This document shows, in pieces, positions 18,571 through 27,894 of a DNA stretch of 64,000 bases. The notes under the pieces were generated by a model that worked only from the letters and a program-made list of their open reading frames with translations, searched no databases and was not told the DNA's origin. The first letter of the stretch is position 1. Each line of letters begins with the position of its first letter. The DNA is from Euryarchaeota archaeon UBA487. GTDB taxonomy: Archaea; Thermoplasmatota; Poseidoniia; Poseidoniales; Thalassarchaeaceae. Both the position numbers and the translations under genes were made by a program. The stretch lies in contig DAVU01000013.1 of the NCBI GenBank assembly GCA_002505695.1, forward strand, positions 27,300 through 91,299, given 5' to 3'.

Positions 18571-20004
18571 ATGTACTCAGCCGGGCCACGGGCTCGAGCG
18601 GAGGGGAGTGAGTCGGAATGGTTCGACGGACTCTCTCTGGTCGGGCTGTCAAGACACTTTAGGGCAGTTCTAGACCAGCGAAGCCTTCGTTTTGAGGATG
18701 CCAGAGGCATGGGAACTGCCATTGAGCTCGGTTCAATTGATAGTCTGAGGCAAACCGACATACAGAAATTTTCGAGAACATGGATAGTCATAGGTCTCGC
18801 ATTGATAATTTCATCGTTCAGAGTGTTGGTTGAGCCATATTCCTATCTAGCGGGTTTTTCGGGCATTTTTTGTGTCATGGTGTATGTTGGGTACAGATTG
18901 CCGATATTGGCAATTGATCACAATAGCGGGACCAGGCACCTAATTTCTGGGACCCAAAGCGAATTGCTATACCTCTATCAGATGTTAAACAGGGTAATGC
19001 ACGGACATTCAGTCAATGACGCCAGGATAGAGATAAAAAGATCGTGGATGAGGGTTGAAGAGAACAAGATTGCAACTCAGAATTTGCTACCAGAAAACGT
19101 CACTGATCCTACAACTGCGCATAGTCAGGGCCTCTCCCAAGTAGCCGACCCGCAGTACCACCCGATCATACGCCATGCGCCAACGGAACCCGAGTTAGAG
19201 CCAAAGGGAGGTGTTTTCTCATCGGTATTCGAAGAGCCTGAGATTGAGGAAAAGCTTCCTTTTGATGCCAGCTTCGGATTCTCTGATCAAGAGGATGCTG
19301 GTTTGGAGTGGAGCATGTTTGACGATCCAGCCCCCGCCGAAAAATATGTCCAAGAGGCAATCTCAACAGAGCCTTCAGTGATGAATAATTGGGGATTCCA
19401 ACCCCCAATCAATGAGTCAATTGAACAAACTAGTTCAATGATGATAAAGCGAGCTCACGAAGAATATCGAGGTGTCAAAAACCATGATTTCTCTCTGCCC
19501 AATCCAACAGATGCAGCCGTTCGGGAGGAGTGTCGTCCTGGGATAGTCAAACAAGCCCGAGCGAGGCAAGTTATGAATGACGTCGGGAGAGGCAGAAATC
19601 TTCCAGCACCCAATCCTGTTTTTCGAGGGCCAAGAGGCAAATCGCTAATCGAGAGGCTCTTGGCACCATCCAAAAAGGAAACCAAGGTAAGAATGAGGGG
19701 GAATCGGACCCCTGAATCAGAAACTTTCCCTTCTCCCACAATGAGGTTTTTTTCAACCCAAAGACTCAGGCTCCGAGCTGATCAAGGTCACCAATCGGAG
19801 GTCAGGCTAGGAGGGGCATCTAATAGGTCATTTTCTGATACGGTTGGTCGAGTTGCACTAAATAAGATCGTGAACAAAAGGAGGCTCGCATACGATCAGA
19901 GTAGAGATCATTCAGAGTTGGAGGTTCCGAGGTTTAGTGAGATGAGGCCGAGTGACTACGGCGGTCAGGAAGCCGGGATACCTGGGGTCAGACACCTCAG
20001 ATAA
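18571..20004 (+). CDS. Hypothetical membrane protein with long low-complexity C-terminal region
   Basis: Two adjacent TM helices (residues about 75-115), then about 350 aa that are compositionally biased. No competing ORF. Confidence 0.45.
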   Translation: MYSAGPRARAEGSESEWFDGLSLVGLSRHFRAVLDQRSLRFEDARGMGTAIELGSIDSLRQTDIQKFSRTWIVIGLALIISSFRVLVEPYSYLAGFSGIFCVMVYVGYRLPILAIDHNSGTRHLISGTQSELLYLYQMLNRVMHGHSVNDARIEIKRSWMRVEENKIATQNLLPENVTDPTTAHSQGLSQVADPQYHPIIRHAPTEPELEPKGGVFSSVFEEPEIEEKLPFDASFGFSDQEDAGLEWSMFDDPAPAEKYVQEAISTEPSVMNNWGFQPPINESIEQTSSMMIKRAHEEYRGVKNHDFSLPNPTDAAVREECRPGIVKQARARQVMNDVGRGRNLPAPNPVFRGPRGKSLIERLLAPSKKETKVRMRGNRTPESETFPSPTMRFFSTQRLRLRADQGHQSEVRLGGASNRSFSDTVGRVALNKIVNKRRLAYDQSRDHSELEVPRFSEMRPSDYGGQEAGIPGVRHLR

Positions 20005-20989
20005 TTCCAACCATTCTCCTAAACTTGTCCAATCTTGCCCTATATTTGCCTCTTTTCAAGTTGGCAATTGCATCAGTCCCGAATGACTCGATACTAAAAG
20101 AGGCAGTTACAGTCGCGTGGACTAATGCTCTCCGTATTGATTCAATATCAGCAATTCTTCCTCTCAGTGGAACCAATTGAGCCAAGAAAGCACCTGCGAA
20201 TACGTCCCCACAACCAGTTGGATCAACAATCTTGGTGGTCGGATATGCTGGTAGGGTGATTACTCCATCTCGATGGATGCACACGCAACCTGCACTCCCT
20301 CGCTTCACGATCAAGCAATCAGGTCCCGGACCAACTAGTCCCCCGCCGTCCAATGACTCTCCGCTCATTATTTTATTAGCAGAGAGCATGTAATTTGAGT
20401 CGCTGCCGATTCGGTTGACTTCATCTTCATTGAAAATTGCAATGTCCACCTTCCTCAATGCCTCGGAGAGGCCATGAAAGTCTTCCTCTATCCATAGGGA
20501 AAAGGTGTCCAAGGCAGTGACAAGGGCTTCCTGATTTGCATCCAGAACTGAGTTCTGAGACTTTGGGCTAGCACTTGAGCAGAATACGATTTCAGGGTTT
20601 TTCCAACCCGATGGAAAATCAGGATTGAAGTCTGAAAGGGAATTCAGCTCGGTTGAAACAGTCTCTGCATGATCCATTGAACCCTCATACCTTCCAGACC
20701 ATCTGAATGTAGGAAGCACTGATCTCTTCAACCCCCTTAGGTCTAACCCAGATTGTCTCAATTTTCTTTCTGAATCGGGATCGAAGTCTTCTCCCACAAT
20801 TGAAACAATGCCAACGCTAAGCCTCTGTAGCCCTATGTCTCTTGCATGAAAAGCCGCTGAAAGCCCAGAATAAATAGCAGATCCACCCAGCAGGCCGCTT
20901 ACCTTCCCAAGAGGTGTCTCGATGTCATCATAACCAGCACTTCCTACGATAACTAACTCCATTCTTTCACCCAAAATTATGATCTTCAA
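19997..20989 (-). CDS. PfkB-family carbohydrate/nucleoside kinase
   Basis: C-terminal 'VDPTGCGDVFAGAFLAQL' (PfkB signature 2) and an N-terminal GG dipeptide region. Confidence 0.75.
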   Translation of the reverse strand: MKIIILGERMELVIVGSAGYDDIETPLGKVSGLLGGSAIYSGLSAAFHARDIGLQRLSVGIVSIVGEDFDPDSERKLRQSGLDLRGLKRSVLPTFRWSGRYEGSMDHAETVSTELNSLSDFNPDFPSGWKNPEIVFCSSASPKSQNSVLDANQEALVTALDTFSLWIEEDFHGLSEALRKVDIAIFNEDEVNRIGSDSNYMLSANKIMSGESLDGGGLVGPGPDCLIVKRGSAGCVCIHRDGVITLPAYPTTKIVDPTGCGDVFAGAFLAQLVPLRGRIADIESIRRALVHATVTASFSIESFGTDAIANLKRGKYRARLDKFRRMVGII

Positions 20990-22337
20990 GATAGGAGATG
21001 GTCACGTTCTTCTTGAGAAAGTTGGGCTCTTGTAGAATTTTCCTGTGAAGAGGGATCAGAGTATCCACACCATCAAGGACTGTTTCTCTTAGTGCTGCGT
21101 CCAATCTCGATATGGCCTCCTCGCGGTCCCTCCCGTGGGAAATGATCTTGGCGAGTAGTGAGTCGAAGCACCTTGGCATAGAGTAACCGGAGCAAGCGTG
21201 TGAGTCTACTCTTATTCCTGGTCCAGAAGGAAGTAAGCATTCCCATAACCTGCCGGGTGCAGGAGAGAAATCTGTTGGTTTCTCGGCGTTAACTCTCGCT
21301 TGGATCGCATGGCCTGTTAATTGTATTTGATCTTGAGATATTCCAATGCTTTCCCCTGATGCTACCCTTATTCCCAAAGAGACCAGGTCGAATCCAGTCA
21401 GTTGCTCAGTCACAGTATGTTCTACCTGTACTCTGGGGTTGACCTCTAAAAAGTAAAATTCTCCGTCTGAGTCTCTGAGAAACTCAAATGTGGCTAGTCC
21501 AGAATAACCAACTGTTCTCGCGCCTTCTACGACTTTTTGTCCCATACTGTTTCGAGTATCTTCATCCAGCCATGGTCCCTCTTCCAGAATTTTCTGGTGC
21601 CTTCTCTGGATTGAGCAGAATCTTTCCCCGAAATGGACCGCATTTGTTCCATCACCCAGAACCTGAAATTCAATGTGTTGGGCATTTTGAATGTACTTTT
21701 CTACGAAGACCCTTCCATCTCCGAACGCCGACTTCGCTCTGCTGGAACATAGACGGAATGCCGAATCAAGGTCATCTGGGCTCACCACGACCTGCATGCC
21801 GATGCCGCCGCCCCCAGCTGCCGCTTTTATGATCACAGGATAACCAATCCCCGCCGCAATTAGATTGGCTTCATCTGGGTTTTCAACTGGATGGTCAGAA
21901 CCTCCAGCGACTGGTAATCCAGCGGAAGCCATGGTGGAACGAGCTTGTATTTTGTCCCCCAGTAATTCCAGCACCTCTGGTGAAGGGCCGATGAATACTA
22001 TGCCCTCATCTTTCAGCCTACGGGCAAATGCTGAATTTTCTGCTAGGAATCCATATCCCGGGTGCACTGCATCAGCGTTAACGCTCTTCGCGGCTTCCAC
22101 GATCGCTTCGATGTCGAGATAGCTTTGCAATGGGTCTTTCCTGTAGATTGGGACTGCATAATCAGACAGCCTCACAGGTAGGCTTGCTCTGTCTTCCCTT
22201 CCGTGTATAATTGCAACCTCTGTACCCATAGTGCGGAGTGATCTCAAAATTCTGAGGGCAATTTCCCCACGGTTTGCTATGAGGACTCTGGAGAATCCCA
22301 TCGTCTTGTGCGAGAGGCGCTTTACGTTTGAGTCCAT
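20967..22337 (-). CDS. accC: Biotin carboxylase (acyl-CoA carboxylase subunit)
   Basis: 'VLIANRGEIALRILRS', 'GYGFLAEN', 'YPVIIKAAAGGGGIGM', 'EVNPRVQVEHTVTE'. Confidence 0.85.
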   Translation of the reverse strand: MDSNVKRLSHKTMGFSRVLIANRGEIALRILRSLRTMGTEVAIIHGREDRASLPVRLSDYAVPIYRKDPLQSYLDIEAIVEAAKSVNADAVHPGYGFLAENSAFARRLKDEGIVFIGPSPEVLELLGDKIQARSTMASAGLPVAGGSDHPVENPDEANLIAAGIGYPVIIKAAAGGGGIGMQVVVSPDDLDSAFRLCSSRAKSAFGDGRVFVEKYIQNAQHIEFQVLGDGTNAVHFGERFCSIQRRHQKILEEGPWLDEDTRNSMGQKVVEGARTVGYSGLATFEFLRDSDGEFYFLEVNPRVQVEHTVTEQLTGFDLVSLGIRVASGESIGISQDQIQLTGHAIQARVNAEKPTDFSPAPGRLWECLLPSGPGIRVDSHACSGYSMPRCFDSLLAKIISHGRDREEAISRLDAALRETVLDGVDTLIPLHRKILQEPNFLKKNVTISYLEDHNFG

Positions 22338-22352
22338 CTGATCTGATGAGTC

Positions 22353-23696
22353 TCAATACACGTCCCTGAGATATCGCTTTTCTGTTCTCATCATCCTAGT
22401 CTCTACGAACTCATGGGCATCTTCTTCGGACATACCACCATGTTCAGCGCAAATGGATATGAGTGTTTTATGCACGTCTTTTGCCATCCTAGACTTGTCG
22501 CCACATACGTAGAAGTACGCTCCTCCATCGATCCAATCCCAGATCTCTTTTCCATTCTTTTTCATCAGGTGTTGGACGTAGACTTTCTCATCCCCATCCC
22601 TGGACCAGGCCAAGTCATGTTTAGTCAGAACTCCGCGATTTTTCCAGTCCTCCATTTCGTCCTTGTAGTAGTATTCTCCCTCCTCGGTCCAATCGCCGAA
22701 GAACAACCAATTCCTTCCAGTTGCACCATCGAGGTCTCTTTGTTGAAGATAGGCTCGGAAAGGTGCTATTCCAGTACCTGGGCCTACCATGATGACATCT
22801 GTTGATTTGTCCTCTGGCAAGACGAATGATCTGGTAGGGGACATAAATATCCCAATGTTAGATTCACCGACGGTGCAACGATCGGCAAGAAAACCCGTCG
22901 CGAGCCCAGTTCGATCTCTATCATGATGGCTGTATCTGACAATTCCCACGGTAAGATGCACCGTGCCGGGTTCATGTTCTGGGCTACTGGCGATTGAATA
23001 GAGTCTGGGCTTTAGCCTATCCATGCCATCTACAAGTTGTTGTGGTGTTGATATGATGTGGCCAAAGTCATCCATTGCATCTATGTAATCTCGGCTCCAG
23101 ATGTAATCTTCCATGGCATCATCATCTTCGCTCATGACGTTCCAAAGTTCTGTTGCTGGGTCAGTGGCTTTACCGATCACTTCGTAGTCGTTTGGCAAAT
23201 CTCCATCTAATCCTGATCCGTTCCACTCAATCAGGACCCTTCCATCGTCGGTTGATGATCTAGTCCTGGATACGATTCTTATCCCTATCTCGACATCAGT
23301 GGTTAATCGGCCCCCAAGGTTCCGAACCCACTTCTTTGATAATCTGTGAATCTCATAAGCTGAAGTTAGGGCTTGTTTTAGTTCCATCTCACCGAGATGA
23401 GTCTCGACAGTTTCCGTGCCATCAAAGCCAGTCGCTTCCAGAAGTTCATTTACAAGTTCAGGCGGAGATACGGGAATAACCCCCAGTGCATCTCCAGCTT
23501 TGTAATCTAGACCCGAGTCCCCCAAATTGAAAACTATGTGTCGAGTTTCCTTACCCGAACCCTCTCCATTCAAAATGAAATTTTGAGTTAGGTTGGAAGT
23601 GTATGGATTTTTTGCGCTCCAGTCTGACATCTCGGACATTCCCCTACGAGACTTCTGTGTAAGTGGCCCCTTATCAAAATCGCTGGGTAAAGACAA
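22353..23696 (-). CDS. CysJ/CPR-type FAD + NADPH reductase module (no flavodoxin domain)
   Basis: 'TRHIVFNL...DYKAGDALGV', 'RLYSIASSP', 'MVGPGTGIAPFRAY', 'YFYVCGDKSRMAKDV', C-terminal 'RYLRDVY'. Confidence 0.75.
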   Translation of the reverse strand: MSLPSDFDKGPLTQKSRRGMSEMSDWSAKNPYTSNLTQNFILNGEGSGKETRHIVFNLGDSGLDYKAGDALGVIPVSPPELVNELLEATGFDGTETVETHLGEMELKQALTSAYEIHRLSKKWVRNLGGRLTTDVEIGIRIVSRTRSSTDDGRVLIEWNGSGLDGDLPNDYEVIGKATDPATELWNVMSEDDDAMEDYIWSRDYIDAMDDFGHIISTPQQLVDGMDRLKPRLYSIASSPEHEPGTVHLTVGIVRYSHHDRDRTGLATGFLADRCTVGESNIGIFMSPTRSFVLPEDKSTDVIMVGPGTGIAPFRAYLQQRDLDGATGRNWLFFGDWTEEGEYYYKDEMEDWKNRGVLTKHDLAWSRDGDEKVYVQHLMKKNGKEIWDWIDGGAYFYVCGDKSRMAKDVHKTLISICAEHGGMSEEDAHEFVETRMMRTEKRYLRDVY

Positions 23697-23742
23697 AAAT
23701 GTTGAGCGAAGTTGTCAAGCCACCAGACCCCTTCGTGGGTGC

Positions 23743-24534
23743 ATGAGTCGTATCGACTTCATAGGGACCGGGAATGCTTTTGCGCCCCCAGGAAGGCTCC
23801 ACGCCTGTTTGTGTATCGATCGAAATATCCTTGTGGATCTTCCTCCGACTGTATTGCCTCAACTGAGGTCGATAGGTCTTGATGCTTCAGACATAAACCA
23901 CGTTTTGATCACGCATTGGCATGGCGATCATACATTCGGAATTCCGTTCTTCATGTTAGATAGGAGATACATTTCAGATCGTTTGAATGAATGTGATTTG
24001 ACGATATACCTCAGGCCGGGTGGCCAATCCATTTTGACAAATCTCTGCGAGATTGGTTTCCCGGGCGACCTTGGCCAATACGTAAAAAATCAATTCGAGT
24101 GGGAAACAAGTGAATCTCTTTCATTGGGAAATAGTGGCTGGGATTTTGCAAGATTCCCTGTTCACCATACCCCAGAAACGGACCCCCATGGGTATGTGTT
24201 AACTCATGAGAGTGGTTTCAGATTATTGCATTGCGGCGATTCTGGCCCATGTGATGAAATCGAGAGCCGTGCTCATTCATCTGATGCCATTCTTTTGGAA
24301 ATGGGAATGCCGGATATCGGGAAATTCCCTTACCACCATACACCGTCAGACATCGCATCATTTAGCAAGAGGCATCCTGAAAAGAAAATTTTGGTAACCC
24401 ATAGCTTTGCTTCCGGAGTGGATAGGGGTTCTGGCTTCCTGAAACCTAATTTGCCTACCAATGTACATCAACTGGAGGATCGTGACTACATGGTCGTGGA
24501 TGAGGATGGATCTTTTGAAATGAGGAGGGGTTAA
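23743..24534 (+). CDS. MBL-fold metallo-hydrolase
   Basis: 'ITHWHGDH' (HxHxDH). The start is moved to Met51 ('MSRIDFIGTGNAF') to avoid overlap with the upstream divergent gene. Confidence 0.65.
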   Translation: MSRIDFIGTGNAFAPPGRLHACLCIDRNILVDLPPTVLPQLRSIGLDASDINHVLITHWHGDHTFGIPFFMLDRRYISDRLNECDLTIYLRPGGQSILTNLCEIGFPGDLGQYVKNQFEWETSESLSLGNSGWDFARFPVHHTPETDPHGYVLTHESGFRLLHCGDSGPCDEIESRAHSSDAILLEMGMPDIGKFPYHHTPSDIASFSKRHPEKKILVTHSFASGVDRGSGFLKPNLPTNVHQLEDRDYMVVDEDGSFEMRRG

Positions 24535-24778
24535 GATCTCAGAAATATCCTCCAGATGTTGTTCGGCTTTCACCCCAAAGAATCCGCGAATCAAGATTTA
24601 TAGTTTGTAAGAAAAGTGGTAGTATGGCTCAATTTACGAGGTTCATTTATATCAAGAATGCCGCATGAAATCGACCCTTGTTTGGTCAGGTTGAAGGCGA
24701 CGTTTATTATCAATAAGTCCGTCGCGGGAATCCTGCGCATTTGGGCCGTCGAGGTCTGACAGCGTACATGCCAGTCAG

Positions 24779-26044
24779 ATGGAAAAAAACGAGGTCGAAA
24801 CGAAAATGAGAGAGAACATCTTCGACTCGTTAATAGAGTCAGATTCACTTTTCGTAGACCGTCAGGCATTCGAACACGGCTTTGAGCCCGACAGTCTTCC
24901 ACACAGGGAAAAGGAAGTCAGGGGACTCGGAGAAAACTTGGTTGAAGCCTTGAGAGGGCACATACCCTCAAACATGCTTCTCTATGGGGTGCCCGGATCG
25001 GGAAAGACGATAGTTACGAAGACCGTCCTCAAACAACTGAAAAGTAAAGGGAAATCAAATGGAACAGCAGTCAAGGCCTACACAATCAACTGCAGGACAG
25101 TGGATACAAAATACCGAGTTATCCAAGGCTTAGCAAATCGATTGGAACGTGCTGGAGACATAAAGATTCCATTCACCGGATGGCCCACTGACAAAGTACT
25201 GGAAGAGTTTCGAAGAAGGATGGACAGGAGGGGAGGGATACACGTGATAGTGCTGGATGAGATAGATCACCTAGTCTCCAAAGTCGGTGACTCGATAATC
25301 TACAGCCTTACGAACTTGAACCTCGAACTTGAGTCCTCGAAGTGCTGCATTATAGGAATTAGCAACGATCTTCATTTCACAAAGATGCTAACACCCCAGG
25401 TTGCCTCAAGGCTCGCACAAATCGATCTTGTATTCCATCCGTATGGAGCCAATCAAATCAATGACATATTGCAAGAAAGAGTGCGCCATGGCATTCGTGA
25501 AGGCGTCTTAGATCAGAGTGTCGTCGGACTCTGTTCGGCCCTAGCTGCTCAAGAACATGGAGATGCACGAAGAGCCTTAGATTTACTGAGGATTGCTGTC
25601 AAGAAAGCACAGCAAATGGGTCATGACCTGGTTGATAGGGGGCACGTCCGTTTAGCCCAGAGCCAACTCGAACATGATCAACTCACACCAGTCTTGCGAA
25701 CTTTACCGCTACAACAAAAGATACTGTTGTTTTCAATCTGCATAAACGAAGAAAACGGTCTAAAGAATATTTCAACCGGAGAGATCTACAGAACTTACAC
25801 TGAGGTTTGTATGAGAATAATGATAGAACCACTCACCCCCAGAAGAATCTCCTCTTTATTGAACGAGTTGGACAGCCTTGGTATTATCATCGCTAGAAAT
25901 GTTAGCAAAGGACGGGGCGGGAGGAGTAAACAGATTAATTCTGCCCTACCTGAATCACTAGATGTTATGGCTGAAATGAGAGACTCTGAACCTATGATTG
26001 AGGAAGCGTCCAAATCAAAATACCGACTTCAAAGACCCCTTTGA
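24779..26044 (+). CDS. cdc6: Orc1/Cdc6 replication initiator
   Basis: 'LPHREKE', Walker A 'YGVPGSGKT', Walker B 'VIVLDEIDHL', 'GDARRALDLLR', C-terminal winged helix. Confidence 0.85.
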   Translation: MEKNEVETKMRENIFDSLIESDSLFVDRQAFEHGFEPDSLPHREKEVRGLGENLVEALRGHIPSNMLLYGVPGSGKTIVTKTVLKQLKSKGKSNGTAVKAYTINCRTVDTKYRVIQGLANRLERAGDIKIPFTGWPTDKVLEEFRRRMDRRGGIHVIVLDEIDHLVSKVGDSIIYSLTNLNLELESSKCCIIGISNDLHFTKMLTPQVASRLAQIDLVFHPYGANQINDILQERVRHGIREGVLDQSVVGLCSALAAQEHGDARRALDLLRIAVKKAQQMGHDLVDRGHVRLAQSQLEHDQLTPVLRTLPLQQKILLFSICINEENGLKNISTGEIYRTYTEVCMRIMIEPLTPRRISSLLNELDSLGIIIARNVSKGRGGRSKQINSALPESLDVMAEMRDSEPMIEEASKSKYRLQRPL

Positions 26045-26098
26045 TTATTATCCTCATTCCGGTAACGATTAAACAGAGAGCTTTGGTGGGCGGGACCA

Positions 26099-26617
26099 AT
26101 GTCCGAAAGTTCATGGAAGGGTGAAGTCACCAAACCTAGTGGTTTTCTGTCCATCTTTTCCTTCTGTGCAGGGGTATGGCTATCGCTCGTTTCGGTGATA
26201 AACATACTAATTGGGGCCTTTGCCCCCGGCCAGAAGATTGAATGGTTGGGTTTCTTTTCAGGTTCGACTCTGGCTGATGCATATTCTGAGCACACCTCAA
26301 TTTCGTTGAACTCAGGTGACATTGTGGCAATAGCACTATCCATTCTGTTGATATTCCTTGGGACTAAGGGTATTCAATCAACCATCAGCATGGACAGCTT
26401 CGTCCAGTCGGTTATTCAAAGGCCAGTGAAAATGATGGATGCGAGTGGGAGCATGAGTCAAATATTATCAAACTGGATGGTTGTGGGTGGCTTTGGGTTG
26501 TACATTATCTGGTCAATGATTTACACCACTTGGGTTGATCCTGGAATTTACTCCGTATGCATGGTTATGATAGTGGGAGGGCTTGGTATGGAAGCCCTGT
26601 ATGATGCGAGTGAATGA
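26099..26617 (+). CDS. Hypothetical four-TM membrane protein
   Basis: Four hydrophobic helices. Preferred over the overlapping antisense 104-aa ORF. Confidence 0.45.
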   Translation: MSESSWKGEVTKPSGFLSIFSFCAGVWLSLVSVINILIGAFAPGQKIEWLGFFSGSTLADAYSEHTSISLNSGDIVAIALSILLIFLGTKGIQSTISMDSFVQSVIQRPVKMMDASGSMSQILSNWMVVGGFGLYIIWSMIYTTWVDPGIYSVCMVMIVGGLGMEALYDASE

Positions 26618-26624
26618 TGTTCAA

Positions 26625-27716
26625 TCACACGATTGTTCTCGCCATTTGACTGACGATACTCCTGCAGTTTTCCTTCGCCAGTAGATCAGTAACCCTCGCC
26701 ACGACCCCTTTATTCGGTTGGCCATACAGAACTATCGTTCCAAGGGGCAACATCAAATGTAAGGGAATTGGAGCGAGGTCTTCTTCGCCATCGACAATCA
26801 CAATACTACTCCTTCCTGACCTAAGATGACTCACCGCGATATCGCAGGCACGAAACAAGTCTGATGTGATTGAACCAGCTGGGTTTCTCACTTCTGTTAC
26901 CTCGTCAAACCTCGTTCTATCTATTTCATCGGCTAGACTCCAAGGGCTGCGTTTGGTCATCCCATCGACAATCGCGATATCTGGAGTCATTCCAATTTTC
27001 AACAAGCCCCATGTAGTGACGTCCCCGACAGAAACAATTGGTTCCCTACCATTCAACTCTCCAAGTGCAGATTTCAATGCCAAGGTCGGATCTTCCTCTG
27101 GGCCATGGTAAAGTTTCCCAAACGGGTCTTTTAGTAGAGATTGGACGTCATCTGTCATGAATCTGGTGGATTGTAAAATATCTCTTGTTATGTATCGCAT
27201 GCCAGTCTGATCAATCAACCCATCTCTTATTTTTGAGCTTGAGATTAGTGCCCCATCTTCGCCTTTCTCATGATCTACGACAATTATATCCAAGGGCTTG
27301 ATTCCATTTTGGGCGCGAATTGTATTGATTTGTTCGCAACTGTTTGCAGTGTCACTTGTGCAAAAAATAACGTCGGCACGAGGGTGATCGATGGCGGGCC
27401 CTATCGGGTCTTCTAGAGTACCAAAGGTCGTTCTACCGAGTTGTTCTTGCGTGAGGCTATCTTTGATTGTGGCTTTCCTTTTGTCCTCTGACCAGCATCT
27501 CCAGTCCTTTTCCAGAGCAATTCTGTCACTGGTAATCCAAATCTCCAAAAATTTACAATTTCTTAATGCCTCAGTTATGAGTCGAAAATGGCCGGCATGG
27601 ACCCGATCAAAGGTGCCACCCATCAGGCCGTGTTGGTACATGACCCCGGCATGGTGGGCACTGAACTTGAGGGCTACGGAAGATGTGCCCCGGGGCGTAA
27701 CGGACTCCATCATCAC
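26625..27716 (-). CDS. Fusion: phosphopantetheine adenylyltransferase (cytidylyltransferase type) + GTP-dependent dephospho-CoA kinase (DUF359/COG1909 type)
   Basis: N-terminal 'GGTFDRVHAGHFRLI' (HxGH nucleotidyltransferase). C-terminal 'VSVGDVTT...IAIVDGMTKR...RNPAGSIT...IVIVDGEEDLAPIPL...VLYGQPNKGVV' matches DUF359 hallmarks. The start (GTG 27716 or a later Met) is uncertain. Confidence 0.75.
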   Translation of the reverse strand: MMMESVTPRGTSSVALKFSAHHAGVMYQHGLMGGTFDRVHAGHFRLITEALRNCKFLEIWITSDRIALEKDWRCWSEDKRKATIKDSLTQEQLGRTTFGTLEDPIGPAIDHPRADVIFCTSDTANSCEQINTIRAQNGIKPLDIIVVDHEKGEDGALISSSKIRDGLIDQTGMRYITRDILQSTRFMTDDVQSLLKDPFGKLYHGPEEDPTLALKSALGELNGREPIVSVGDVTTWGLLKIGMTPDIAIVDGMTKRSPWSLADEIDRTRFDEVTEVRNPAGSITSDLFRACDIAVSHLRSGRSSIVIVDGEEDLAPIPLHLMLPLGTIVLYGQPNKGVVARVTDLLAKENCRSIVSQMARTIV

Positions 27717-27876
27717 GATGGCTCCGGGTCCTGACCCACCCCGGGACGTCTGTAGGAGGATGGGGTTGTCCCATGAGTCATTCCGCAGTCGTCTGGGGAC
27801 CCATCATCATCCATCCGTACGATTGCTCCGTTGATCATTCCAAAGGTCACAAGGGTCTTCGTCGTCCGGTCACCCT

Positions 27877-27894
27877 AAACGTGGTACCACGTTT
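27877..27894. repeat. Perfect 18-bp palindrome AAACGTGGTACCACGTTT
   Basis: Read directly; it is self-complementary over all 18 nt. A third AACGTGGT copy lies at 27926-27933. Confidence 0.9.

Noticed and set aside
24591-24902. 103-aa minus-strand ORF upstream of and overlapping cdc6
   Set aside because: It overlaps the cdc6 5' end in antisense. It is Arg/Ser/Cys-rich with no motif, and the region is better explained as the cdc6 promoter or leader.
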